From: Octopus bimaculoides
Lineage: Eukaryota
Assembly (NCBI RefSeq): GCF_001194135.2
Contig: NC_069009.1
Location: 9,849,606-9,898,541, forward strand
DNA length: 48,936 nucleotides
Direction of reading: 5' to 3'
A program made the position numbers and the translations under genes. Positions within the stretch are counted from its first letter, which is position 1, and each line of letters begins with the position of its first letter. The notes beneath the pieces were generated by a model. That model did not search any database. It was not told the origin of the DNA and saw nothing but the letters and a program-made list of their open reading frames with translations. This document shows positions 1-13,100 of this stretch, in pieces.

Positions 1-270
1 CGAGCCTATGCTCTTTCACAGAAAGGAACACAGACAGAAACAAGCAGAGAAAACAAATGTGTGTAGTGGTTAGCAATCTAGCATCTCGCCATGATAGTTC
101 GCTAACCACTACACACATTTTTTTTTCTCTCCTTGTTTCTCTCTGTGTTCCTTTCTGTGGAAGACTGTAGGCTTGAAACGTTAAAGACTTTTTCACTTTC
201 CAAGCGTTAAACCAATACAGCTGTTTGTTGTCTACACCATCTGTCTTCGTCTTTTGTTTTTTTTGTGAAT
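1..270. mobile_element. Palindromic, probably Penelope-derived terminal repeat with a degenerate hammerhead-like motif
   Basis: Inverted arms 3-74 and 101-173; CTTT-CTGTGGA...GAAAC-GTT-AAAG at 151-186. Confidence 0.55.
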
Positions 271-434
271 TCTCCCTATATATATTACACACTCACGTGG
301 TCGCACCAGTTGATCCTGTCTCCTCTCTTCACCCACGAACTTCTCCGCTGGACTTTCTACACTCTTTTGGACTTTCTTATGGACTTTCTACACTCCAGCT
401 GCACCTCTTCTGCCTATGGATTACTCTGGACTCT

Positions 435-860
435 TCTGTATATATACATGCATATATATATATATATATATATATATGCATGTATATATATATATATATT
501 ATATGCATGTATATATGTATATATATGCATGTATATATGTATATATATGCATGTATATATGTATGTATATATATGTATATACATGAATATATATGCATGT
601 ATATATGTATGTATATATATGTACACATGCATGTATATATGTATGCATATATATGTATACATGCATGTATATATGTATGTATATATATATGTATACATGC
701 ATGTATATATGTATATATATGTATACATGCATGTATATATGTATGTATGTATATGTATATATGTATGTATGTANNNNNNNNNNNNNNNNNNNNNNNNNNN
801 NNNNNNNNNNNNNNNNNNNNNNNNNNNNNNNNNNNNNNNNNNNNTATATATATATATAGT
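435..860. repeat. Compound (TA)n/(TATG)n microsatellite with N-gap
   Basis: Directly visible. Confidence 0.97.
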
Positions 861-979
861 GAAGTATATTGCCACTTAAGTGTGGCTGACCACTAGGGGT
901 GGATGGTACTGTTGCTTTTAGCCCCAGGAGGACATCTCCTCCAGCTGGCTTATCGAGATATATATATATATATATATGC

Positions 980-1680
980 ATCATCATCATCGTTTAATGT
1001 CCCTTTTCCATACATGCATGCATAGGTAGGACAGTTGACAGGAGCTGCATTGGTAGAATAACTTTGCAAGGCTACTGTGTGAATTTTGGCTGTGATTTTA
1101 CTGCTGGATGCCTTCCTAACACCACCCACTCTGCACCATGAACACTGTTCTTCATGTGGCAGTTTGCACAGGTGAGGTTAGTGTGGTATAATTTTTACGG
1201 CTGGATTTCCTTCCAAGCACCAACTGCATTACAGTGTGAAGTTGATGCTTGTAACGTGCCACCAGCACTGGCAAGGTAACCAAGTAACTTGCAAGACAAG
1301 GAATTAGGGGAGGGATGGGCATTTGAGGAGGGGAACTTGTGTCAGTGGATGAGAGGTTAGAGTGTGACAAAATGACAGCGACAGAAGTTGGTGTCTTATC
1401 ACAACAGATGGGTCATTAGAGGTGATCCAGTAGCAGATGATGAAAAGTTATAGTGTAATAGAGTAATAGAAAGGCAGAAATAGGTGTCTTCCTATAGAGG
1501 AGGTACATGGTTACCCAGTGAGAAAGAGAGAGAGGTACAAGAAAGAGATCAGAAACAAGTGTGCTGATGTAATGGAGATACTTGGTTACCTAGTCAGAGG
1601 TAAAAAAAAAAGGGAGAGAGAGAGAGAGAGAGAGAGAGTGACCAAGGGGAAGAGAGAAAGAGAGTAGGAAACAGCAAAAG
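980..1680 (-). mobile_element. Retroposon 3' region (RTE-type 3'UTR or SINE) ending in GGACATTAAACGATGATGATG
   Basis: (CAT)n tail and GTTAGGAAGG(G)CATCCAG core on the - strand; similar to 22080-22438. Confidence 0.75.
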
Positions 1681-1689
1681 TGTAAGAGT

Positions 1690-3240
1690 ACTTATTGTTC
1701 CTGCGCATCTGCCACATACGGAAGCGACCTTATCTGATGACCTACCCAGGATTCCACTGCATCTCTTATGTGTCCATAGCTTACAGTTGGTGCAGCAAAT
1801 TACATCTTACTCCTTTCTTACATATCGAGTAGGGCCATTTACCAACCAGAATGAGAGTCTTGTCTCCTTTCTTGCTTACAACAACTTTAATCTTAGCTAA
1901 GTTAACTTTAAGGCCTTTTGATTCCCGGCTTTGCTTCCAAATCTGCAACTTTTTCTCCAATTCTGCAACTTTTTCTCCCAATTCTGCTTCAGATTCTGCA
2001 ATAAGAGCAAGATCATCATCATATAGTAGTTCCCATGGGTATCCCAGTTTTGAATTCCTCTGTTATGGCCTGGAGAACTATGATGTATAAGAGTGAGCTA
2101 AGAACTGATCCCAGTGTACTCCAACTGGTACATTAAATTCATCACTGTATTCAAGGCCAACTCACCTTACTGACATCATCGCTATATAAGGCTTGTACAA
2201 CTCTAACAAGACACTCTTCTACTCCTAGCTTCCTTAGAGACCACCAAATAATAGAGCAGGGTACCCTGTTGAAGGCTTACTCCAGGTTGATAAAGGCTAA
2301 GTACAATGACTTTCTTTTGGTCAAATACTTTTCTTGCAACTGTCTTACTATGAAGATGGCATTTGCAGTACTTCTCTTTGGAACAAAACCAAACTGCATC
2401 TCATCTAGTTTAATTCTATCCCTAATTAGTCGAGATATAACTGTCTCAGAATCTTCATGACCTGGTCCAGCAGTTTGATACCTCTGTAGTTGTTTCTATC
2501 TAGGGCATCACTTTTACCCTTGTAACATCTGACTATAATACTGCTATACTAGTCTTTGGGGATGACACCTTCCTGAATAACCTCATTAACTATGCGAGTG
2601 ACTAGGCTGTATCCAACACCACCTGATATTTTAATCATCTCGGCAGTGATATCTGATGGTCCAGGGGTTTTCCCAGTCTTCATTTTCTTAATTGCTTTAT
2701 CTGTTATACTGCTATGAACTCTGATGGCTGGTCCCTCTATTGGTTTGATATTTGAAAGCCTCTCCCTCTCCCATTAATTTTCCACATTTAATAACCTTCC
2801 ATAGTGGCACCTCCACACATCTTTCTTCTCTGAGTTACTAAGTGCAAGCGTACCATTGTCCATTTGCATACATTTCTCTATTCTCTCTGATACACTGCTT
2901 TGCAATCCTGAACACCTCATGCCTCTGATTCTCATGCTGTAGAACATTGGCAAACCTCTTTCTTATCTTCTGCTATTCCTTTTGTTACATAAACCTGTTG
3001 CCTTGCTTCCATTCTAGTTGTGATATAATTCTCTGTTTCCACCGTTTTTTAGTTTTCCAAGCCTGTCTCTTTGCTTTTATAGCACTGTCCACATCCTTGT
3101 TTCGCCACTATGTCACCCTTGGCCTAACTGGGGCTTTACACCAGCCACAGATTTGGTCAGTGGCCCCAGTAGTTTGTCCTACAAGAACTTCCAATTGTCC
3201 TCTTAGCTATATATTCCAACCTTCTCCTTCTCTCTATCAT
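1690..3240 (-). mobile_element. Decayed RTE-clade LINE, linker plus RT region
   Basis: - strand translation gives MKTGKTPGPSDITAEM, NYRGIKLLDQVMK, GLKVNLAKIKV and [11 protein letters not shown], with stops and frameshifts. Confidence 0.88.
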
Positions 3241-3264
3241 CAGAGGCATCAAACAATCTACCTT

Positions 3265-3900
3265 TCACTCTTCAGAATGAAAGGTAGATTGTTTGATGCT
3301 TGTGTACAAACAGCTATACTCCATGGTAGTGAGACATGGGCTTTGAATGCAGAGAACATGCATAGACGAGAGAGGAATGAAGGCAGTATTCTCTGCTGGA
3401 TGAGCAGGATCAGTGTGCATCAATGACAAAACACAAACGTGTTGAGAGTAAAGTTGGGCATAAGTGGAACTAAATACAGCATACAAGAGAGGAAACTATG
3501 TTGGTGTGGACATGTGATGCTTATGAATGAAGACTTCTGTGTAAAGATGTGCCGGTCACTGAAAGTGGATGGTACCTGTGGATGAGGGAGACCCAGGGAG
3601 ACATGGGATGAAGTGGTGAGGATCGATCTCAGGATGTTGGGGTTCATGGAAGAAATGACAATCACCATTGTCTGGTGATATGAGGTTCTTGAGAAGACCT
3701 GCCCATGTCAGTGAAACTGAATTCTAGAAGTGCTGTGTATCTTACCCACATGTAACAGTAAAAATTTCACAAGCCCTACCCCAAAAAACAAACTACATCT
3801 CCTCTCCCAAATTGCATCTTTTCTCTTCCTCACATTTCCTCTTCATACTCTATAATTATCTTCCACTACCCATTCCTGCCCTCATTGCCCTGCTATTGTT
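3265..3900 (+). mobile_element. RTE-clade LINE ORF C-terminus plus start of 3'UTR, inverted relative to 1690-3240
   Basis: [23 protein letters not shown]...; parallels 34740-34855 and 45790-46020. Confidence 0.85.
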
Positions 3901-4144
3901 TTTAAATTACATTTCATTTTCTATTTGAAAATGAAGGAAGTGGGGATTGCTTAAATACCCACTAAGTTTAGCAGTGAAACACTATTGAAGAGACCAATTT
4001 ACATATTAAACACATTCCTGGCAGCTAGTATGTAAACATCAATTGCTAGCAAGGGCACAGTATTTTGTTTTGCCACCATACTCTACTTCCAATTCTATTA
4101 AAGGTTTATGAGTGCTTCTGTTTTACCAGTGTGATTTTCTCCTT

Positions 4145-4355
4145 TTAAGCCCTTTACCATTCAGATGAATCTGTCAAATGTAATACTCATTTATTCACAT
4201 TTTGAATTAATCATGCATTATCACATAGCTTTGAGGATTTCAATGATGTGATTGTTTATTTTAGAATGACATTGTTGGTTAGGTGTGAGAGGTTGGATGT
4301 GGCTGGTTTGAACATAAAGCAGAATATTTGGGCCTGATATGGTTGGTTTAAACTT
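4145..4355. mobile_element. Partial MITE, same family as 28203-28370
   Basis: Begins TTAAGCCCTTTACCATTCAGAT; its internal sequence is the reverse complement of 28250-28370. Confidence 0.6.
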
Positions 4356-5963
4356 ATCTCTACAGATTTTCTATAGAATTTAGAGCCAGCCCTATATCAA
4401 CTTTGTAGTCATTATTTTCTAGCAGTTGTAAATGTTTTTTTTATCCAGTATATCCAACCCTAGCTCATGCAGTATTATAGTATTGTTCATTCTGTTAGAA
4501 AATGTCTCTGTTGACAAAGAGTCTAGAAACTTTAGCCACTTCTGCATTGACCCCTTTTAACCACTTCTGCATTGACCACCCTCCTCATTCAAAATATCTT
4601 AATACCCTACCATACCATACCTTAAATGCATTCTGGCAATTAAAATGTTAGCTAAAATATACATGTACGACAAATTAAGAAAGTCTATTGAAGATGACAC
4701 ACTTTTTACATTTAAATCTACGTGTATAAGTATAAGGTATTAAGCTTTCAGTTTTTATGAAATTGCTTTCACTGTTAGAAAATGTGAAAAATACATGATT
4801 TTGCTGGAATATCTTTTATTGAAATTGGCAACATCAGTGTGAGGGATGAGCATGGTGCTGACTAAGTGTTTCAAGCAGGTCATCTGGGTGAGTTGGTCTT
4901 TCGCACACCAACCCCCATTCGACCCCTTAGTTATCATTGACCCCCTGTAATTCCTCGCCAACCCCTAGGGGGGTCCCTTGGACTCCCTTTGGTGTAAACA
5001 AATTTATACGCATTCATTTATGGTAAGACAGAAGAGTGACACTGTTAGAAGTTAGGAAGCTAAAGGAGGAAGATGGAAATACTATGAACAATTTAAGAAC
5101 AAGAAAAGTGAAAGTTTTTTAGAAAATTCCTTTTTTTTGAGAAATTTCAAAAATCGTTTAAAGAATTGTATTAAAGAAAATGTTTTTAACTTCTCTTCCA
5201 TTAATTTATTCAGTTACAGTGTTTCATCCTCCTCTTTTGCCCACCTGACCTGTCCTACAAACTGTATTAGCCTGTTATCTTACTATAGTATACCTTAACC
5301 ATGTTACCTGAGATGCACCAGCACATTCCCCAGAAAGATATTGTACTCACATGCTAACTGTTTGTGTAGTTCAATGTAGAACTGACGCGAGCATGTCTCA
5401 CGCCCAAGTGTGTATATCTCTGTGTCTTGTTTGTAATTGTTAACCTATCATATTACTATGGCATTACTTTTATTATGCCTACACAAACAGGATATTGTAT
5501 TGAATACAGGTGTGCGATTGTATACATATATCATCACCATTTTATGTCCACATTCCATGCTGACATATGTCGGTAGAATGTTTCAATGTGATTGAATAGG
5601 TCAGAGGACCAGATCTTCCTACAATATTTCATTTTTTGTCATAGCTTCTATGGTTGGACGCTGTTCCTACTACAAATCATTTTACAGGTTAAGTACATTG
5701 TATTTTGTGGCGCCAATGCTGTATATAAATATATATATGAATATAATATATAATCTAACCCATGCCAGCATGGAAAAAGGGATGTTAAATGATGATAATA
5801 TATATGTATGAGCAAAGTTTGATTTTTTTTACCTGTCTAGGAGGTCAGCAGTGCTGCGAATAAACTAACTTGGGTGAGATCACCTGTCTAATTCAAGTTA
5901 GTATAGAAAAGGAATGGAAAATGCTAATGAGGATATCTGTAACACATATCCTCAACAACCTTC

Positions 5964-6700
5964 CACAAGTTGCCAGGAATGTGTTTAGTATGTAAAATTG
6001 GTATATCCAATTGTGTTACACTGCTATATTCAGTAGCTATTTAAGCAATCTGTTCATGGATAGTTATTGGGCTGGATGTGGTACTGATGAAGAAGTAATA
6101 ACTCCTGAAATATGCATATACACCCGTTGCCTATTTTTCTGTTTTTAACCACATTGTTTAAAGAGACGTATTCGTATATGAAACATTGTAACTTCCAGTG
6201 CTGGCTCTAATTTCTATAGAAAGTCTGTAGAAAACCTTTTTAAAAAGTGATTTGATTTGCACTGCTTACACAGTCACGGTATTGACTTTATAAGCCTTTG
6301 ATTTACTTGGTAGTATATTATGACTGTAAAACAATCTGTACACACAAGTTGCCAGGAGTGTGTTTAATATATAAATCAGTCTGTCCAATAGTGTGACTCC
6401 ACTAAATTTAGTGGCTACTTAAGCAATGTGTTTGTGGGTGGTTAGTGGATTGGATGGAATATTGAAGCAGGAGCAGTAACTCTTGAAATGTGCATATACA
6501 CCCATTACCTATTTTTCTATCTTTGATAACATTTTTTTACATAGACAAATTCGTATATGAAATGTTGTAACTTTCAGTGCTGGCTCTAATTTCTGTCGAA
6601 AAAAATCCTTAAAAAGTGATATAATTGCACTGCTAACACATGAGGCACAGTATTTACTTATGACCTTTTAATATACTTGGTAGTATATTATGGTTGCATA
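5964..6700 (+). repeat. Diverged tandem duplication, ~379-bp unit x2, each unit with a hammerhead-type motif
   Basis: CACAAGTTGCCAGGA at 5964 and 6343; shared TGCATATACACCC, TTCGTATATGAAA, CAGTGCTGGCTCTAATTTCT and TACTTGGTAGTATATTATG. Confidence 0.92.
6081..6121 (+). ncRNA. Minimal type I hammerhead ribozyme motif (Penelope/retrozyme type)
   Basis: Stem I GTA/TAC; core CTGATGA (6084-6090); stem II AG(A)AGT-AATA-ACT(C)CT; GAAA (6107-6110); palindromic ATATGCATAT stem III region; NUH=ATA with predicted cleavage after 6118. Confidence 0.7.
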
Positions 6701-6778
6701 ATGAAATATGGTGTCCCGACCAGCAATTAATTAATCTCAATATATCCAATACTGACCAGTGTCCATTCTATTCTGCAG

Positions 6779-6898
6779 GCCTGAAGTATGACTGGAACCA
6801 AACAGATGACCATGTGACCATCACTGTGAAATTAGGAGATGAAGCTGAGTTCAGTGATCCAGAATTCTCACAGACTGGAGTCAAGATGAAGCTTCAAG
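6779..6898 (+). CDS. USP19: USP19 exon, CS domain 1 N-half ([39 protein letters not shown])
   Basis: ttctgcag|GC...CAAG|gtaact; 120 nt, phase 1/1; Y-D-W-x-Q-T CS-domain start. Confidence 0.93.
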
Positions 6899-9800
6899 GT
6901 AACTGTCATTCTCTTAGCTTTTCTTTATCTTTTACTTGTTTCTCTCATTAGACTGTAGCCATGCTGAGACACAGCCTCGAAGAATTTTTAGTTGAATGAA
7001 TCAACCCCAGTACTTATTTTTTTAGAGCCTGGTACTTATTCCATCAGTTTCCTTTGCTGAACTGCTAAGTTACAGGTTTATAAATACACCAACACTGGTT
7101 GTCAAACAGTGGTAGACGACCACGCACGCACGCACGCACGTGACGGGCTTCTTTTAGTTTCCATCTACCAAATCCACCCTCAAGGCAATGACCGTCTGAG
7201 GCTATGGTAGAAGACACTTACTCAAGATACCATGCAAACTGGAAGAAACCTGTTGTGTATATATGTATATGTATCTATGTGTGTATGTGCATGTATGTGT
7301 TGCTGCCTTTTTGTCTTGATATGTGAAGTGACAGTCACTGTTAGGTAAGTGGTGTCCTTCATTTCCAATGTTTTGTGAAAATGTATCTGATGATGGCGTA
7401 ATATTACCTTACTGGGTGACAGGAAGGGCATCTGGCTGTAGAAAATCTGACTCCACAAATTCTGTCTGACCAATGCAGTCTGTTTGTAACTACTGAGATT
7501 AACTTTTTGGGAAACACTCCTCAGTCCTTGCATTTCCCTTGCTGAGTCTTGGTATTTTCCTATTTTTACCTGTTCTTTAACCTCTAATGATGTTTGTCCA
7601 ACGTTGTTGACAATGACCAGGACATCACATGGAAAAGATAGATCATGGTGTGTCCAGCTGTGGCCAATCAGTCCAATGCATGCTCGGGAGGCTTTGCTGC
7701 AGGTCAGACCCTAGTGGTCTGCTGGGAATGAAGTCAAAGAGTTGGCTCTGGACATGCACAATTCACATTTTCTTTGTGCTCTTATGATCCTATTCTGTTT
7801 GTAGGAGGTGGCACTTCTGTTGGTGCAGCTATACCAAGCAGAGCAATCCTGTGTTTGCATTTCCCAGGTGTTGAGGTTAATCTATAAAAGCTCTTCAGTG
7901 AGGCTTTGAAGTGCTTTTTCTGTCCACCCTGTGTATGCTTGCCCTTTTCCAATTTACCGTAAAACAGTCTCTTGTGAAGTCACGTGTCAGGAAATCCAAC
8001 AAGGTGACCTGCCCACTTGAGTTGTGCTCTCCTCAGCAGTGTGTAAATGCTTGATATATCAGTCTAGGACCTTGTTTTGCCAGGTGATTTTCAACAGATT
8101 TCTCCAGCAGTTCATGTGGAAGCAGTTTAGCTTTTTGGCATGGCATTCATAAATTGTCCAAGTTTCACAGTATTCTACATTCATATCAGCAGACATAACC
8201 ATATCTTTCATGATGCACCTATTTAACACCTTGCCTAGAATGATAATATCTGGTTCATCTTGCTTGAATCTCATGGTCAGTTTGTACAGTAAGATCCTAC
8301 AAGACCTTAACCTGACCATTCTCTATCACAATCTCTAGTTCGTGTTGGTATCATTTCCTGCTAACTTCAGAACCTCTTTGAAATTGTAATGCTTTGGCTA
8401 CACAATTGTGTCTGTCTGTGCCAAAGGACTGTATGTGCTTATTATTATTTATTAAATATTAGTGATAGAAACAGTATTAATACGAAAGTGTAATCATTAT
8501 ATCCAACTTAATATGGCTGCCTTGTTAGAACACTGAATACTATGTTCTTAGCCTTGAGAGATCCTCTGATATAAGCACTTGGTGCATAAAAGCACACACA
8601 TGGATAGTAGCAGGTGAAATTTGTCCATCATAGTCACTGGAATTCCCATATCACATGATTTTATTCTATTGGGAAGCACCGGTCACTGCATGACAGTCAA
8701 ATCTCACTGCTATGATATATAGAATTTCAGCATCTTTTCAGATGCTGAGGTTGCAAATAGCCAGCAGGCTTATTAAAAATTAATTAATGATGGAAGCAAT
8801 ATTAATACCAAAAGGTAATCTTTATATCCAATTTAACATGGATGCCTTGTTAAAACAGCAAATACTGTGTTATTAGCTATTGACCATGGAATAATTTTTC
8901 CCTCCATTTCTTCTTTAGTGTGTTTTGTATTTTTATTTTCATGTTTTTTTATTTGTCTCTTTGACCATTTCTGCTATGTTGTCATCTGAGGGCAGTGTAT
9001 CAGTGTAGTTTGTTTCTCTTTTGTATTTTGTCACCTCCTTGTGTATAGGGAAAAGCGTTTTCTTTTTCTTGTGTTGCTTTATTACATGCAGTAATCTCTC
9101 ACTTATTATTTTGGTTTGGCTCAGATTCGGTCTTATTCCTGGTTGGATTTACGTGGATTTATATTTCAAATTATAAGGGAATGTTTTTTTCTTGTTTTTC
9201 ATCCTCTTGCTTTACAATCCTGGAATCAAACGGGCATGATGGGTCAATGATTAAGCTATTTCACTTTTCTTTATTTATAATTGTTTTGTCCGATCTTATT
9301 TTCTAACTTCTTGTCTGTTTGAATAGGAAAGTCCCACAAAATCTTACATTCCTTTGACTCCAGTACTCTTTCAACTCGGAGATTGTACCATGTTTCCAGC
9401 TTCAAATCCCCATTTCTGGCACAGTTCCCAGTGTAAAACATTTACAACCTGGTCATGCCTCCATTTCTTATATTCTTCCTGTGCCAATTTGGGATATTCT
9501 TCCACAATGTGTGCCACTGTCTCATTCCAAGTTTCACAGGCTCTACATTTTTATGATACATTCTCTCCATTTATATTTTTTCTCAAGTTGTTTGTTTTTA
9601 TTGCTTGATCTTGGGCTGCTACAATTAGGCTCTCTGTTTCTTTTTTTAATTGCTCCTTTTTTAACCAAGCCTAGGATTTTGTTCCACTCATGTCTTCAAT
9701 GGCTCTCCAAAATTAGCCATTCAGAGGTTTCTCGTCAATCTGTCTGATGTGCTCTCTTTATATTTCATTCTTGTCCTCTTTTCCCATTACAACTTCACCT

Positions 9801-10134
9801 GTTTTTTATTAACTGTCTTTCATAGTTTTTCTGTGTTGCTCTGTAAATACTCTACTAGAATTCTTCTTTACATTTGTACACATTTTTCTACTGCTCTTAA
9901 GCTTCTTCCACTCTGGTCTCTCCTCAAGTACAGTTGGTTGATATCAGCTTTTGGATGGTGGGCTCCATACATTATCAACAATTTTCTAGTTTTTCTGTCA
10001 AGTTTCTTTATATTGTTTTTGGTTCAGTCCATTATTCCAACTCCATATCTGATTAAGGGTAATTTATTGCTTCAATAAGATATTTTGAAATTAGCTTTGA
10101 CTGCAATAATTTTTTACTCTCCTCGTGTACTCCC

Positions 10135-10172
<38 letters not shown>

Positions 10173-13100
10173 GTTATTATTATTATTATTATTATTATTA
10201 CACCCAGTAATATTTGTTTTGCATTTTTGTGAAGAATTCACATATTTTTTCCGATTTTAAAAAAATGTTGGAATATGGCAGAATGATAATGATCGACAGA
10301 GTGCAGCATTACCAAACGCAGCCATGGCTGGAGTTAAAATTGATTTATTGTGAAAGAGAAATAGAGAATTTTATCTTGTTGCTCTGATGGCAGTAACAAG
10401 TGCAATGATACTAGCAGCAGCAGCAAAGACAGTGAAAACAAGAACAGTAGCGACAATGTGTGGAGCAGCAGCAGCACAAACAGCAGAGACAACAATAATA
10501 ACTATATCAACAACAAGATAAAAAACAACAACAGCAACATGAACAACAAGATTGAAAACAACAGCAAAAAGAACAATGCAGTTATCAATGGTAACTGCAG
10601 TAGAACCTATGTAGAAAACAACAACAACAGCAGCAGCAGCAACAATAACATGAAAGTCCACAACAACGCTCTATCTTTTTCAAGGACAGTTCGCTTGTGG
10701 ACTGTCCATTTGGTTGAAGAGTTGAAAAGTAAAGCACTCCAATATAAAAGCGACATTTTGAAACCAGGTGTTATGTGCCTTAGTGAGGCGGAATAAAAAA
10801 CATCTGAACAACAAATCGTATACAAATGTGTTTCTTGCAATTTCCTACTCTGGCAGAGACTGAAAAATACCTTCAAGATGTGTGGCTCTCAGTGCTACAC
10901 ATATACAAAGGTAAACAGTATGGGATGGTAGCTGCAACAGTGAGCAAGAAACCAGAAGAACGGCAACTATAACTTGCATGTCCCAGACTTTTGTGATGAT
11001 TCCTCATTATATGGGTAAAAGGTTGATTTGAGTTCAAGTCAAGAATATGCTGGCTCACCATGATCCAGTAAGAGTTTTAACCATTCTGGAGGAGTAATGG
11101 GAGATTGTGGAAATGAAATTCACCCCACAACTCAGTAGGACTGGAATTCTTATGGAATTCCAGTCCTACTAGTTTCTCCTGAGGAAATAAATTGCATTCC
11201 TGATTTTTTTCTGTTTCAGTGGATGTGAACAGATGTCTGTTTATAGAGAAGGTAAAAAAAACCAAGTGTTTTGTGTGTGGAAATATGAACCACCTCAAAG
11301 TCTTTTACTCTGTAGTGGAGAAAGCATGAAGCTTTCCACTGTTACTACCAACTCCTCAAGGTGTGGACACAGCTACTACCTCACATCTGCCTCTTTCCTC
11401 CAACTCAAGCCTCACAAAAGCAAAGACCTTATTGACATTGCACCAAAATGCCTTTGTCAGGGATAAGAGACAGACTGAATCTGAAGTATGCAGATTGGCC
11501 CAAATTGAAGGTCCTGAGACAGGACGGTGAAAGACGAAACCTGTCACAACACCAATTGAAAAATATGTCAACACTTTCATCACAAGAAAACCCAATTTTA
11601 CAAACATATTCACAACAACAAAAAACACAAAAACAAAAAGAAAGACCTGAAAAATAAAATGACCAATAGTCATTCTTGGGTACAGACTTCCTTCATCAAC
11701 TAAACTGTTGTTGAGAAGGGCAACATTGAAATGATTGAATTAATAACAAAAAACATTGGAAGAAGTGGGAAAGGTTTTGTAGAACTCCTCCCCCAAACTC
11801 CATTGGACAGGATGTTAATCCATACAGATATGGATACATATCTGGATTTGAAACAGATGCCCCCCCCCCCCNNNNNNNNNNNNNNNNNNNNNNNNNNNNN
11901 NNNNNNNNNNNNNNGGACCCCAAAAAAGACTGTGTCTATAGTAACCCTTGAAGACCAAGGTATGTAACTCTATTTTCTTTTCTCTAAGTTAAATGGCTAC
12001 ACTTAGAGTAGGTTGTGTAAAGGTTTGGGGCCTGGGTTCTGTTTGGAAGCAGGGTGACCTGCTCAACAATCTCAGGTTCCTTGATTTAGATGTGACCATC
12101 ATTAGTTAGACAAGAATTTCTGGGAAGCATACTCTAGCATCCATTTTCAAAGACTCCGAAATATTCTCATTTTGTGATCTGTTGGGAGTAGGTGTCAGTG
12201 TAGCAGTGTTGTTCCAAAAATCTTTGGAAGGGCAATCTTCTTGGACCCAGATGGTAGGTGGGTGGTCCTAGATGTGAATGGCAGCAAAGGTGTTTCCTTT
12301 CGATTGGAGGCCATGTATGCCCCAACAGGGGTCAGAAGGCCAGATCTCTTCAGGCTTCTAGAAACATTTTTGGAAACATCTGCTTTAGTACTAGTGGGGG
12401 ACTGGAATAGTATTTTGGACATGTGGAAGGACTGTATGGGTTTTGTACATAGAAGAAGTGGGTGTAAAAGCCTCGAAAACCTGCTTAGAAACTTCCAGCT
12501 GTCTGATAAGTATTGACTGGATTTCCCTGATATGCCAGTGGAGCAACCACAACGTCATCCAGATTGTATTTAGATAGAGTATTTGTTAGGTCAGCTGAGA
12601 GGGATAGCATAGGGTGTCAACAATTCAAATTGGTTGGCTACACAGACCACAAATTTGTGATCTACATAGTTGATTTAGATAGGACTCATAGACACAGGGA
12701 CTTGGTTACTGGAAGCTGATCATGTCCCTTCCAGCGATCAAAGACTACAGGGACTGGATTAGCAAACTAGTTAAGTGGCAGTTGGCAGGGGCAGTTGTCA
12801 ACAACCAGTGGTGGATTGCCATGAAGAGGGCAATTAGAACAGAATTGATATTGTTTAGCAAAGAGCAATAGAAAGAAATAGATTAGAGGGAGAACTAGTT
12901 AGCAAACTAGAAGGGGTGATCAGTAAAGGCATTGTGACTGATGTGTTAGCAGTGAGAATGGCTCCTGACCATTTCTCTGAGGCAAAGGATCATCAGGCAA
13001 TAGAATCAGTTTTCCACTTTAGAAGATTAATGATTCCATATAGAAGATTAGTGGCAGGGAAGTGCAATGACATCCTCAGGGAAACTTTGGGCATTGATGA

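Noticed and set aside
225-990. Long I/Y/M/C/H-rich ORFs, also at 23629-24351, 29039-29245 and 39145-39485
   Set aside because: Translations of (TA)/(CA)/(TATG) microsatellites that lack stops by composition.
4900-4995. Possible hAT MITE end (GACCCCC...CCCCTAGGGGGGTCCC)
   Set aside because: No partner TIR or TSD identified; insufficient support.
5841-5873. Candidate 33-nt exon (tctag|GAGGTC...TGG|gtgaga)
   Set aside because: Splice signals are plausible, but the only open frame ends in phase 0 while exon 6779 needs phase 1. It could be UTR but is unsupported.
10371-10796. Ala/Val-rich and Asn-rich ORFs resembling a membrane or prion-like protein
   Set aside because: Degenerate CAA/CAG trinucleotide tract; only the 3' end merges into the LINE ORF1 remnant.
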